From positions 1-59,091 of the IMG/VR virus record IMGVR_UViG_3300035673_000004: a stretch of DNA of 59,091 bases; one strand, given 5' to 3'. Below, in pieces: positions 27,551 through 36,313 of the stretch. The notes beneath the pieces are model-generated. The model had not been told where the DNA came from and searched no databases. It saw nothing but the letters and a program-made list of their open reading frames with translations. The stretch's first letter is position 1. Every line of letters begins with the position of its first letter. The translations under genes were made by a program, and so were the position numbers. The DNA comes from a virus (Duplodnaviria > Caudoviricetes).

Positions 27551-28267
27551 ATGAACGGCGAACCGTACGGCTGCACTCATAAAGTTGAGCCCGGGAAGGA
27601 ATGTCTGGAATGCCGACAAAGATTAGTCGACCGGCTTGAACGTGTTTCTGTCGAGCGCGATCAACTCTTAGCCGCGCTGAAGAATGCGTCGCGATCTGTA
27701 CTGGTCAAGCGCCCTGTAGCATTCCGCATCCAGCGAGCCGATGCCGACACAGCCGGCCAAACGCTAGGTGAAAATGATTGGCGCTATTTCTCCAAGGAGG
27801 AGGACGCGGTCAACGCTTCCGATGCTTTGGGGACCGAATACCAATGTCTCTACGTCCGCGACGGAACAGCCGTCACTGTAGAGTTAGAAGAACTGCGAGA
27901 CGCAATCATCATTACCCTCAAAAACTCCGCTCCGGGGCTTTCCGAAACAACGCGCAGCGCCATTCTCACCAGCATTTTCATAAAACTCAGGCATCGAAAT
28001 GCAGAGGGTGCGCAATCGGCTGTTTTGCCCTTTGGTTCGCCGAGAGATGAAGAGGCTGCAAACCTCGCCGCGTTCATATGGGCCGCCGGTGCCGATCATG
28101 AAACGTGCAGCTTCGTTGCTAATCAGTTGGTCAAGAAGGGACTGCGGCTCGTTCCTGATCGCGCGACAGAGGCGATGTGGCAGGCCGGAAAGAGTGCCGA
28201 CATTCACCCCAGCGATAGCTACAGCGCCGTTTACTTAGCGATGATCGAAGCGGCTCCGAGGGCGTGA
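27551..28267 (+). CDS. Mosaic phage hypothetical protein
   Basis: GGAGG RBS; ATEAM...YLAMIEAAP C-terminal module. Confidence 0.7.
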   Translation: MNGEPYGCTHKVEPGKECLECRQRLVDRLERVSVERDQLLAALKNASRSVLVKRPVAFRIQRADADTAGQTLGENDWRYFSKEEDAVNASDALGTEYQCLYVRDGTAVTVELEELRDAIIITLKNSAPGLSETTRSAILTSIFIKLRHRNAEGAQSAVLPFGSPRDEEAANLAAFIWAAGADHETCSFVANQLVKKGLRLVPDRATEAMWQAGKSADIHPSDSYSAVYLAMIEAAPRA

Positions 28268-28479
28268 CGATGAGCACAACAGGATGTTGCCGAGGACTCT
28301 CTTCGCAAGCATGTGCTGCGCGTCCGTATGGTTGCTCTGATAGACCAGGCAGAACCGAAAACATCCGCCGCGCGGAACGCAAAGAGAAGGAAGCACGCGA
28401 CCTACTGCGCGAGGCCGCGTACCTGCGCGATCTAGAGAAGCGCCTAGAAGGGCTAAAGCGCGAGGGGCAATCCGCATGA
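28264..28479 (+). CDS. Phage hypothetical protein
   Basis: Coupled ORF. Confidence 0.55.
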   Translation: MTMSTTGCCRGLSSQACAARPYGCSDRPGRTENIRRAERKEKEARDLLREAAYLRDLEKRLEGLKREGQSA

Positions 28480-28522
28480 CCACCTCACCCCGCCATAGCT
28501 GGGGCGCGCGAGGTAACCTCGC

Positions 28523-28933
28523 ATGAGCCTGTGTAATTGTGCCGAGCGGCCACGTTGCGAGTTCTCTGGCGGTCCCTGCGAGCGTGCGGCTGACTGGTCG
28601 ATATTCACGCCACCCGGCCGATGGATAAAGCAATTTCCCAATGGCCGCCTGCATTTCATGTGCACGCCGTGCAAGGTTTATTATCTGGAACAACTACTAA
28701 AGCCGATGAAGGGAATTGATAGACCGGAAGGTGTAGCGCCTGAGGACTGGCGCGGCTCGATACTCGACCACATCCGACACGCGCAGATCGCGATGGTATT
28801 TGAGGATCGGAACGATAGACCGCCGCCGCTTGGGCCTTTGTCGATGCCCGGCGATGAAAAGTACGCGTCCGCGCAACTTAAGCAGTTGTACGTTCTGCGC
28901 CGACATCTCCGCGACGAAAGGCGAGCATCATGA
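28523..28933 (+). CDS. Phage hypothetical protein
   Basis: GAGG RBS; Cys pairs. Confidence 0.6.
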   Translation: MSLCNCAERPRCEFSGGPCERAADWSIFTPPGRWIKQFPNGRLHFMCTPCKVYYLEQLLKPMKGIDRPEGVAPEDWRGSILDHIRHAQIAMVFEDRNDRPPPLGPLSMPGDEKYASAQLKQLYVLRRHLRDERRAS

Positions 28934-29151
28934 CTTCGACTCGCCACTCATGGGGACCACCAACGCGATTCGGTTTCAAGACCGAACGCGCATGCAAGAA
29001 ATGCCCGATCGTAAAAGTGATGCGTCACGAAACCGATATCGCCGGTCCCGTGCATTGGACTGAATTCTGGAACGGACTCGACAAGATCGAATCCAGAAAC
29101 ACGCCCGCATGTATTTCTGTCTCCCTTGAAGATGTGCGGAGGGTGGCTTGA
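28930..29151 (+). CDS. Phage hypothetical protein
   Basis: Coupled; RHSW...CKKC. Confidence 0.65.
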   Translation: MTSTRHSWGPPTRFGFKTERACKKCPIVKVMRHETDIAGPVHWTEFWNGLDKIESRNTPACISVSLEDVRRVA

Positions 29152-29609
29152 TGGCTGGAGATTATCGTTTCGGATTTACGGGAACGCAGGATGGTATGAC
29201 CGCGGCACAAAAGGGTGCCTTGCGAATATTCCTTTGCGGCACATCTGGCGAGTTTCATCACGGCGATTGTGTCGGAGCAGATTCCGAGGCGCACGATATT
29301 GCTGATGATTGCGGCTATTGCATCATCATCCACCCACCAACAAACTATTCCAAGCGAGCCTGGCGCGAAGTGCCGCGACACTTGATGCGCCCGGAAGCGC
29401 CATATCTGGAACGAAACCGCAATATCGTCAGCAATACTATCGCCCTTATCGCAACGCCTGCCGAATATGACGAGCAACCGCGCGGCGGCACTTGGTACAC
29501 CGTCAGATACGCGCGAAAACTCGGACGCGCGATAGTGCTCATATTTCCTGACGGCACGATCAAACAAACGTCCCACGCGGTCTCCCTTGAAGTGGGGAGG
29601 GCGGCTTGA
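29151..29609 (+). CDS. SLOG-superfamily (DprA/YspA-like) nucleotide-binding protein
   Basis: FGFTGTQDG...FHHGDCVGAD...YLERNRNIV...GGTWYTVRYA. Confidence 0.75.
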   Translation: MAGDYRFGFTGTQDGMTAAQKGALRIFLCGTSGEFHHGDCVGADSEAHDIADDCGYCIIIHPPTNYSKRAWREVPRHLMRPEAPYLERNRNIVSNTIALIATPAEYDEQPRGGTWYTVRYARKLGRAIVLIFPDGTIKQTSHAVSLEVGRAA

Positions 29610-30715
29610 GTGCGCGCGCCTATTACAACGAAATTGACCCCTACGCCGCACAGTGGTTGCGAAACCTCATTGCGGCTGGGCTTATCGCGCCCGGAGACGT
29701 TGACGAGCGATCTGTCGTCGACGTTCAGCCCGACGATTTGCGCGGATACACCCAGGCCCATTTCTTCGCCGGCATCGGCGGCTGGAGCGTCGCCCTGCGA
29801 CTTGCCGGCTGGGACGATGATCGACCTGTTTGGACAGGCTCATGTCCCTGCCAGCCCTTCTCAGCCGCCGGAGCGGGCAAGGCGGCCGATGACCAACGCC
29901 ACTTGTGGCCTGCGTGGTTTCCTCTCATCCGAGAGCGGCGCCCTGCAATCGTCTTTGGAGAGCAGGTTGAGGCGGCGATTGGATGGGGCTGGTTCGATGC
30001 TGTTTGCGCTGACCTGGAGGGCGAAGGCTACGCCTGCGGGGCGGCCGTATTGCCAGCTTGCGGCGTCGGCGCGCCCCATATCAGACAGCGATTGTGGTTC
30101 GTGGCCGACTCCACTGGCGAACGATACGAACCGCACCTTGGAAGCGTGGCGAGCGCATATCATCCGGCGCGGTCGGAATCCATCCTCGGAGTTGGACAGT
30201 TTCAACGTGGCTGCGCAACTCGCGTCATGGCCGACACCAATGGCGGGGACGCCAGCGCAGAAGGGTTACAACGAGGCGGGGAACACGGACAGCGGGCGCA
30301 AGACGGTCGATCTTTGCAATTGGGTGACGCCGCAGGCGAAGGACTATCGCTGCGGACAGGCATCGAGATACACGGAAAAAACTCACGCCGCCTCATTGAA
30401 CGATCAAGTCATGCTGGCGAATTGGGCCACGCCGCGGGCGGAGGATTCGGAGAGTTCGGGGATGCGCCATTCGCGCGGGGTAGCGGATACTCTGACGGCG
30501 CAAGCATCCTTAACGGCTTCTGGCGCGACGCCGAATGGATCAACTGCACAGACGGAAAAGCCAGGCCAGTTGGACCCGGATCATTCCCGCTGGGTCATGG
30601 GATACGACGCCGAACATCTAAGTTGCGCGCCTACGGAAACGCTATCGTTCCTCAAGTCGCAGCGCAATTCATCGCAGCAACCCAAGCCATAGAGACTGAG
30701 AGGGTGGAGTCGTGA
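29606..30715 (+). CDS. C5-cytosine DNA methyltransferase, catalytic (alpha) polypeptide
   Basis: YNEID, HFFAGIGG, GSCPCQPFS, EQV, PHIRQRLWFV, YGNAIVPQVA. Confidence 0.92.
   Translation: MSARAYYNEIDPYAAQWLRNLIAAGLIAPGDVDERSVVDVQPDDLRGYTQAHFFAGIGGWSVALRLAGWDDDRPVWTGSCPCQPFSAAGAGKAADDQRHLWPAWFPLIRERRPAIVFGEQVEAAIGWGWFDAVCADLEGEGYACGAAVLPACGVGAPHIRQRLWFVADSTGERYEPHLGSVASAYHPARSESILGVGQFQRGCATRVMADTNGGDASAEGLQRGGEHGQRAQDGRSLQLGDAAGEGLSLRTGIEIHGKNSRRLIERSSHAGELGHAAGGGFGEFGDAPFARGSGYSDGASILNGFWRDAEWINCTDGKARPVGPGSFPLGHGIRRRTSKLRAYGNAIVPQVAAQFIAATQAIETERVES
29817..30692 (+). CDS. Putative beta polypeptide of the C5 methyltransferase, nested in the +1 frame
   Basis: Stop-free frame over the whole gene; four W-x-T-P repeats; GQLDPDHSRWVMGY (motif IX-like). 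Confidence 0.7.
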   Translation: MIDLFGQAHVPASPSQPPERARRPMTNATCGLRGFLSSESGALQSSLESRLRRRLDGAGSMLFALTWRAKATPAGRPYCQLAASARPISDSDCGSWPTPLANDTNRTLEAWRAHIIRRGRNPSSELDSFNVAAQLASWPTPMAGTPAQKGYNEAGNTDSGRKTVDLCNWVTPQAKDYRCGQASRYTEKTHAASLNDQVMLANWATPRAEDSESSGMRHSRGVADTLTAQASLTASGATPNGSTAQTEKPGQLDPDHSRWVMGYDAEHLSCAPTETLSFLKSQRNSSQQPKP

Positions 30716-31080
30716 ACGATAAACAATTCTCAATCGAAAGGCCGACACATTGGCCAGCCGCCGCAGATGGCAGCACGTCGCGCATCATGATCGATGTTTT
30801 CGGCTCAGGTGATTATTACATCGAGGTCCGCGGCGAACTTATAAAGTTTGAATTCGGAGAGCGCTTCGGCCCAATGCCGTTGACCAAGAAGGGCGCCGAG
30901 CGAACTTCAATCGGTCCTAATCATCAATTCTGGCGAGCGGCTTCACTCTGGAACCTTCAAGGTCGCCGCCTCGAAGGTGACAGGGCTATTTGGCACGAGC
31001 CGAAAAAGCCGGTCCTGAAGCATCTTGGCGGCCGTAATTATCAGGTCATAGAGGATGGTGAAAAGGGGCACGACTGGTGA
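30712..31080 (+). CDS. Phage hypothetical protein
   Basis: GTGA coupling, GGAG RBS. Confidence 0.7.
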   Translation: MNDKQFSIERPTHWPAAADGSTSRIMIDVFGSGDYYIEVRGELIKFEFGERFGPMPLTKKGAERTSIGPNHQFWRAASLWNLQGRRLEGDRAIWHEPKKPVLKHLGGRNYQVIEDGEKGHDW

Positions 31081-31141
31081 CACCCATCTCAATCCAACCC
31101 CCTCAGAGACGCACTAAAGGCCGGGAAGGTGGCTGTTCAAC

Positions 31142-31396
31142 ATGAGTGATGACGCCAAGAACCAAGCAACGATAGGTGGCCTCTGTGCTATGGTGCAGAC
31201 AGCGCGTTTTGCTCTGCGCGAGTGCCATTCTTTAGCATTGGCGCTAGCTTGCGATGGTTTCGATCTTGGACAGTCTGATATCACCAAGGCCGCAAGCGAG
31301 AAGATTGAAGAAATAATCCCGCTGCTATTGAAGCTTCCGCGCGAGGCGACCCTGCACATGCGGTGGTCCGCTGGATCGAAGGAAGCGCGGCAGTAA
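31142..31396 (+). CDS. Phage hypothetical protein
   Basis: TAATG coupling to initiator. Confidence 0.55.
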   Translation: MSDDAKNQATIGGLCAMVQTARFALRECHSLALALACDGFDLGQSDITKAASEKIEEIIPLLLKLPREATLHMRWSAGSKEARQ

Positions 31397-32385
31397 TGGC
31401 CAGAATCCGCAGCATCCATCCCGGTCTATTCACAGACGAGGCGTTCGCTTCGCTCTCCATGCCGGCCCGTGTGCTGCTGTTGGGCATCTGGACGGAGTCT
31501 GACGACCATGGCGTCTTTGAGTGGAAGCCGGTCACGCTTAAGATGCGGGTGATGCCAGTTGACGCCGTGAGCATTCCGGAACTCTTGGCTGAATGCGAGC
31601 GAGCAGACGTTATAAAGCGCTTCACATCGACCAAGACTTACGGAGTGGTACGGAACTTCTGCCGATATCAACGCCCAAAGAAGCCGAAATACGTCCATCC
31701 CATGCCATCCGAGTTTTACACTTACGCTGGGTTAAAGCCGGATGGTTCGTTAGTGGTTCTCCACCAGTCCCGTACCGCTGGGGAAAGTGAGCCGCAGAGG
31801 GAGGATGGAGGAGGTGAAGGGGAGGAGGAATCTGGAACTGTAGTTGAAAAAAGAGAGAGTAACACTCGCGCTGATTTGAAATTGGTTTCCGAAGAAAAAC
31901 CAATTCCGATTAACGAAAGCTATGAACCGTCTGATCGCGCTGTCGAATATGCATATTCGCTTGGGATGAAAAAAGCCGATCTCAATTCGGAATTGAGTAA
32001 ATTCATTGCGCTCAGCATGGCTTCGAAGGCCACAAGCTACAACCCGGATATGAGTTTCAAGGCATTCTGCGATCGTTGGTTGGACTTCAAGCGGCAGAAA
32101 AACCCAGATTGGAAACCAGAACCGGAGCCAGCCGTCGCCGCGCCCGCCGAAGATCGTAGCGCCTGGCCAATCGTCGTTGAAGGGACGCTCGAGCATAACT
32201 GCTGGAACATCATCAACCGCGAGCGAGGGTATCGCCCACTGTTTCTGTGCAAGCAGATCGCCAAGGACGGAACGCTCTACGAAAGGGCGGCGCGTTGTCC
32301 GACGCTCTTTCCAAAAGAGTTCAACGACTTCGGCGAACGAATCGAACTCCCTCCTGCATCTGAGGGGGAGGAAAGGGTCGCATGA
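31396..32385 (+). CDS. Phage replication initiator protein
   Basis: MARIRSIHPGLFTDE...ARVLLLGIWTESDDHG...NFCRYQRP; position at end of early operon. Confidence 0.8.
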   Translation: MARIRSIHPGLFTDEAFASLSMPARVLLLGIWTESDDHGVFEWKPVTLKMRVMPVDAVSIPELLAECERADVIKRFTSTKTYGVVRNFCRYQRPKKPKYVHPMPSEFYTYAGLKPDGSLVVLHQSRTAGESEPQREDGGGEGEEESGTVVEKRESNTRADLKLVSEEKPIPINESYEPSDRAVEYAYSLGMKKADLNSELSKFIALSMASKATSYNPDMSFKAFCDRWLDFKRQKNPDWKPEPEPAVAAPAEDRSAWPIVVEGTLEHNCWNIINRERGYRPLFLCKQIAKDGTLYERAARCPTLFPKEFNDFGERIELPPASEGEERVA

Positions 32386-32753
32386 CGAGACGATGGGCAA
32401 AGGCTGGGGTGACCCCCGAAGCGAACGGGCTGCGCATTGTTGATCGCAACACCGGAGCGGAATTCAAAAACGTGATCGAGGCTGACGGGGACGCCGGCTG
32501 GATTATCAAGGCCGTCACCGACGAAGCGGGACTTATCGTTTGTGATGGCGATGAGCTCCGAACTGAACGGCTGGAGGGTTTGAGCCTGCGGATCGACATC
32601 GATGCCAGCATGATCGGAGGCGGTGATTTTACCGGCGAGCGTAAATGGCGCGAGTGGAAACCTGACGACACAGCGGATGGGATAACCGAACTGCACAAAC
32701 TACCAACCGGCGGAAACGTTTCGCCATCAATAATCCCCTCCAGCACCGGATGA
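32382..32753 (+). CDS. Phage hypothetical protein
   Basis: Coupled ORF. Confidence 0.65.
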   Translation: MTRRWAKAGVTPEANGLRIVDRNTGAEFKNVIEADGDAGWIIKAVTDEAGLIVCDGDELRTERLEGLSLRIDIDASMIGGGDFTGERKWREWKPDDTADGITELHKLPTGGNVSPSIIPSSTG

Positions 32754-32762
32754 GGCTGCCGC

Positions 32763-33071
32763 ATGAACGAAACAGCAAACGATGGACGCCCTCGCACAGT
32801 TGAGGAGTTCGCTGCACTTCCGGAATTTGGATTCGGAGTGCGCAGGCATGAGCTAACGGAAGCTGATATAACCAACGGCTACATCGCGATCGACGACAGG
32901 CGCGTTTACGTTTCCGGTCCAAACGTCCGCGCTGTAGAAATACCCGCGGAGTCCGATCCGCCATTTGTAGCGCACATGCTCGGCGATCTTGAGATGTACT
33001 GTGACGCTGAAGGTGTGGATTGGGCGCTGACGCTACGTGCAGATGGAAAATGGTTTAAGGCGCGGATGTGA
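32763..33071 (+). CDS. Phage hypothetical protein
   Basis: GAGG RBS. Confidence 0.65.
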   Translation: MNETANDGRPRTVEEFAALPEFGFGVRRHELTEADITNGYIAIDDRRVYVSGPNVRAVEIPAESDPPFVAHMLGDLEMYCDAEGVDWALTLRADGKWFKARM

Positions 33072-33237
33072 TGGCCCTCGAAGCTGGAGCAAGAAAGGAA
33101 CACAACGGCGCGAAACGCGGTAAGGGCGCTTGGTGCCGGCGAAGGTTGACGCGAAGAAAGCGGGGCGGAAACTTCGGCGCAGGAATGCGAAGCGGGAAAT
33201 TGAATATCAGTTATCTCAGGAATGGGTGATACGATGA
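33071..33237 (+). pseudogene. Small basic protein gene, apparently frameshifted near 33138
   Basis: Coupled start MALEAGARKEHNGAKRGKGAW; continuation KVDAKKAGRKLRRRNAKRE... lies in another frame and ends in ATGA overlap with the next gene. Confidence 0.4.
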
Positions 33238-33392
33238 GCGGATACTTAATTATTGCAGCGGCAACGCTATCGTTCGCGTCGCTGTGGACACACCTATATC
33301 GATGGAACGCCAACGATGCGGGCGCGCGCCCTGGTGTCCCGTTCGCCGTTGTGGTGTTGCTCTGCGTCGCATTCCTGAAGTTACCGGCCTAG
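33234..33392 (+). CDS. Small two-TM membrane protein
   Basis: MSGYLIIAAATLSFASLW...VPFAVVVLLCVAFLKLPA. Confidence 0.5.
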   Translation: MSGYLIIAAATLSFASLWTHLYRWNANDAGARPGVPFAVVVLLCVAFLKLPA

Positions 33393-33416
33393 TTCGCAAT
33401 AGAGGGAGAGAGATTG

Positions 33417-33587
33417 ATGCAGCATAAACCTGAAGAAATGTTTTGGATGGGTAAATGCCTCACGGAGATGTCAAGGGATGAACTCCTCGCAGTCGTAGTC
33501 GCCCAACAGCGACGGCTGGAGCATCTTCTGGAATCATCAGCAGCAATGGTCGGCGCGCTAAGATGCGCCGCGCACGCCCGCCCGTAG
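33417..33587 (+). CDS. Phage hypothetical protein (56 aa)
   Basis: GAGGGAG RBS; WMGKCLTEMSRDELLAVV. Confidence 0.55.
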   Translation: MQHKPEEMFWMGKCLTEMSRDELLAVVVAQQRRLEHLLESSAAMVGALRCAAHARP

Positions 33588-33604
33588 TGCATCACAGGGG
33601 AGAG

Positions 33605-33898
33605 ATGGAAATGACGCCAGAAGAATTCAAAAACATGACGTTGAAAATGGATCGCAGCGCGTTGGCGACATTTATCCGCGAGGCTCAACTCTCCGCGCCG
33701 CCCTACATCGGCGTAACAATTCCATCTGCAGAGGACCTCCGTCACGACAGTGGTTGGGCGGAGGGACACGAAATGAGCATCGAGGACAAGACGGTGATCG
33801 CCGCAATTTTAGCGCTGGCGATACCAGCCGCGCGCAAGCGTATCGCTGAAATTGAGGAGTACCTGACCAAAGCTGGTGAGAAATTCAACGCGATCTAG
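33605..33898 (+). CDS. Phage hypothetical protein
   Basis: GGGGAG RBS; flanked by 13-bp direct repeats. Confidence 0.65.
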   Translation: MEMTPEEFKNMTLKMDRSALATFIREAQLSAPPYIGVTIPSAEDLRHDSGWAEGHEMSIEDKTVIAAILALAIPAARKRIAEIEEYLTKAGEKFNAI

Positions 33899-33966
33899 TC
33901 AGAATTCGCGGCCCGCGTATCCGGCCGCAAGCGTGCATCACAGGGTTTAATTGAAGGATACGGGAC

Positions 33967-34839
33967 GTGCCCAAGACTGAAATGGACGTTGAGAAATTAC
34001 TGACCTGGGCTTACCGGGACGAACTCTCCAAGCGCCAAACTTCCGCGGCTGAAGGGATCTGGGATCGTATCGAGGATTACGGGCAAAAGGGTGGAATCGA
34101 TCATGGGCACGGCGCCGCACAGCGTTACGCGCATTTCGGGCTACCTGATCCAGATGCGGAAGCGATTGAGCGCGCTGTAGGGCAGCTTGAGGACGTCGTG
34201 GTCGATTGGGGCCAAAGCCTGCCGTTCATTGCCGGCGAACTTGCTGGGCTCGTTTCTGTCAACGACTTCTCGCGGCGATCGGCAACCGAGCCAGGTAAGT
34301 CGACGACCGCGGAGTGGACGGGCAAGAACGGGCGCCGCGTCAAAGCGCACGACCGGCCGCGCGATATGTTGATGCTAGGAGCGCTGCGAACAAAGGCGCT
34401 GGTGACGATGCACGCAATCCAGGGGACGCGGCCAGATTGGCGAGATGAACAGCCGATGCCGTATCGGGTGCAATCTGAAACGGGCTCGCATCCCAAGATA
34501 TCCGGCACATGCGAGGGAAAGAATCGGTACTCCCTCGGCTCGTATTGTTTGTTGCAATGGGACCCGTCGCCGACATCAATCATTACGGCCCGAGCCGAAT
34601 ACGTGGCGTGGTGGGAAGGTCTGCTCATGCTGTCGGGGAAACTTAGCCTCGCAAATCACATCGCCCTGCCGCCCTCTGCGTCCGTCACGCCATGGCTGGA
34701 TGAACGGAAAGAAGATCGGGGCCGAGTAATTCCGGTGATGCCGACCGCAACCAACAACGTTGGTCTTTGGGGAACGTTACCGCTCAACCCGATACGCAGT
34801 GCATTGCTAAAGCCGTTTCGGCGGGTAGTAGCCACATGA
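33967..34839 (+). CDS. Conserved-looking phage protein at the late-regulator (Q) position
   Basis: MDVEKLLTWAYRDEL; last large gene before the late promoter/terminator; function inferred from position. Confidence 0.6.
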   Translation: MPKTEMDVEKLLTWAYRDELSKRQTSAAEGIWDRIEDYGQKGGIDHGHGAAQRYAHFGLPDPDAEAIERAVGQLEDVVVDWGQSLPFIAGELAGLVSVNDFSRRSATEPGKSTTAEWTGKNGRRVKAHDRPRDMLMLGALRTKALVTMHAIQGTRPDWRDEQPMPYRVQSETGSHPKISGTCEGKNRYSLGSYCLLQWDPSPTSIITARAEYVAWWEGLLMLSGKLSLANHIALPPSASVTPWLDERKEDRGRVIPVMPTATNNVGLWGTLPLNPIRSALLKPFRRVVAT

Positions 34840-35024
34840 TCATCGAGCGGACCTGGTTTGCTGATCTTGTAAGCGGGTTGGGCCACGAAGAGTCGCTTGC
34901 CGTCGCCAATGATATTTGGCTTTACGGCAACGCTTTTGTCGAGACTGTAGACGGCAAGAAGCGGAGATTGCCGCCATCGGAGTGGCCCGAAACAGTGCGA
35001 GCTCCAAATAATGTGAATAAGTAA
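34836..35024 (+). CDS. Phage hypothetical protein
   Basis: ATGA coupling. Confidence 0.5.
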   Translation: MIIERTWFADLVSGLGHEESLAVANDIWLYGNAFVETVDGKKRRLPPSEWPETVRAPNNVNK

Positions 35025-35051
35025 AATACCGCTTGCGCTGCGGTCGCTCTC

Positions 35052-35131
35052 TTGACATGAGTCGCATCATCCGAATTCAGGTAAAGAAAACGCCCGCCCA
35101 GCACCCCCGCTGCGGCGGGCGGCTTCGTCAT
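35052..35131 (+). promoter_or_regulatory. Candidate late promoter (-35 TTGACA) followed by GC hairpin (pR'/tR'-like)
   Basis: TTGACA 35052-57; hairpin CGCCCGCC-CAGC-loop-GCTG-C-GGCGGGCG 35091-35121; -10 not clear. Confidence 0.45.
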
Positions 35132-35144
35132 TGGGGCATCCAAT

Positions 35145-35294
35145 GTGACCGCGCAAATCATTCCCTTCCGCAAGCCCAACATACCACAGGTCAACCCGAT
35201 CATGGCTGGGATTGCAGGGTACTTCATCGTGCTCGCTATCGTTGGTCTAACCGCTATTGCGGTCGCGGATGCGTTCATGGGTGAGCGGCGCTAG
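35145..35294 (+). CDS. Small membrane protein
   Basis: GTG start; MTAQIIPFRKP...AGYFIVLAIVGLTAIAVA. Confidence 0.55.
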   Translation: MTAQIIPFRKPNIPQVNPIMAGIAGYFIVLAIVGLTAIAVADAFMGERR

Positions 35295-35510
35295 ATGCGC
35301 ATCTATGTTGACTTTGACGAGCATTCAGAGACCGGCCGCTACATCCTGGCATGTGCCCGTATCCGCGACATCAGCGTGAAGTCGCTATTGCGACGGACGT
35401 TCGTTGCAATCTCGGAAGACCAGTTGTTCGCGTCTGTCCTCGATGACGCCGATAGCATGAAGGCCCGCAATAAGGGCGAACATCGCTACAGCGAACCAAA
35501 GGCCGCGTAA
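35295..35510 (+). CDS. Phage hypothetical protein (RHH-like)
   Basis: Coupled ORF. Confidence 0.6.
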   Translation: MRIYVDFDEHSETGRYILACARIRDISVKSLLRRTFVAISEDQLFASVLDDADSMKARNKGEHRYSEPKAA

Positions 35511-35707
35511 TGGCTGACATTCTCGCATTCCCCACACCAGCACCAAAGGACGGCGGCAAGGCGCGGATACGAATTCGCCGCGAGAGATTCGGTCTAGCGG
35601 CACCAAGTCGGGATGAAGTCGGTACTACCGACCTCACGCAGCGTCACGCGGACCCGGAAGATACGGCGCCAGCGGAATACAACGCGCCTGCACACGACGG
35701 CGCATAA
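35510..35707 (+). CDS. Phage hypothetical protein
   Basis: TAATG coupling. Confidence 0.55.
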   Translation: MADILAFPTPAPKDGGKARIRIRRERFGLAAPSRDEVGTTDLTQRHADPEDTAPAEYNAPAHDGA

Positions 35708-35791
35708 CCAATACCCCGCCGCGTCACGCCTTAATCGCGTGGCCCGGACGCGGATCAAAGCGGCGGGCTCCAATCTAAATTCGAGGCAACC

Positions 35792-35971
35792 ATGAAAAGC
35801 GCACCGTTCGTTGCGGCTATTGTGTTTGCCATTATCGCAGCGGGACTGATGCTTGCTGCCGTGTACCACGGCGCGTGGTTGTGGGTTGGGATCGCGGGCT
35901 TAGCCCTTGCCGCACTGATCGTTGTGGCGCGGGTGTTGGCGATGGGGATGCTGTTGGCGGGCAAGGCGTAG
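35792..35971 (+). CDS. Small two-TM membrane protein
   Basis: GAGG RBS; 59 aa, almost entirely hydrophobic. Confidence 0.6.
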   Translation: MKSAPFVAAIVFAIIAAGLMLAAVYHGAWLWVGIAGLALAALIVVARVLAMGMLLAGKA

Positions 35972-35972
35972 G

Positions 35973-36305
35973 GTGGCGCTCCGGACATCCCGGCCACGAC
36001 TCGCCGTTCACGATACGCGAACATCAAAGCCCAGGCCAAAGCAGGCAGACGCCGAACTATTAACGCCAGAGCATAGGGCTTGGCGCCTTCAAGTGTGCAG
36101 GCGCGCGGGTTGGCGGTGCGAGTGGGTTGAGGACGGCAGGCGGTGTGAGGCGTCGGCGGCGCGGGGCGATCGGATGTTTGCGGACCACAAGGTAGAGCGG
36201 GCTGACGGTGGTCCGCTGCTTGATGTTGAGAACGGCATGTGCATGTGCGGCTCGCATCACTCAACTAAAACCAATCAAGCCCGCGCAGCGCGCGTTAACT
36301 CTTAA
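35973..36305 (+). CDS. Terminase-associated HNH endonuclease (HK97 gp74-like)
   Basis: RAGWRCE...RC...FADHKVERADGG..LDVENGMCMCGSHHSTKT; upstream of terS. Confidence 0.88.
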   Translation: MALRTSRPRLAVHDTRTSKPRPKQADAELLTPEHRAWRLQVCRRAGWRCEWVEDGRRCEASAARGDRMFADHKVERADGGPLLDVENGMCMCGSHHSTKTNQARAARVNS

Positions 36306-36313
36306 GGTTTCAG

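Noticed and set aside
31396-32385. Iterons/origin inside the initiator gene
   Set aside because: An AT-richer stretch near 31840-32010 is visible but I found no convincing repeats
35792-35971. Holin call for the two-TM protein
   Set aside because: No endolysin nearby; left as a membrane protein
36295-36305. CtrA box
   Set aside because: TTAA pairs here and at 52890-52907 have 3- and 10-nt spacers, not 7; I saw no TTAA-N7-TTAA by eye
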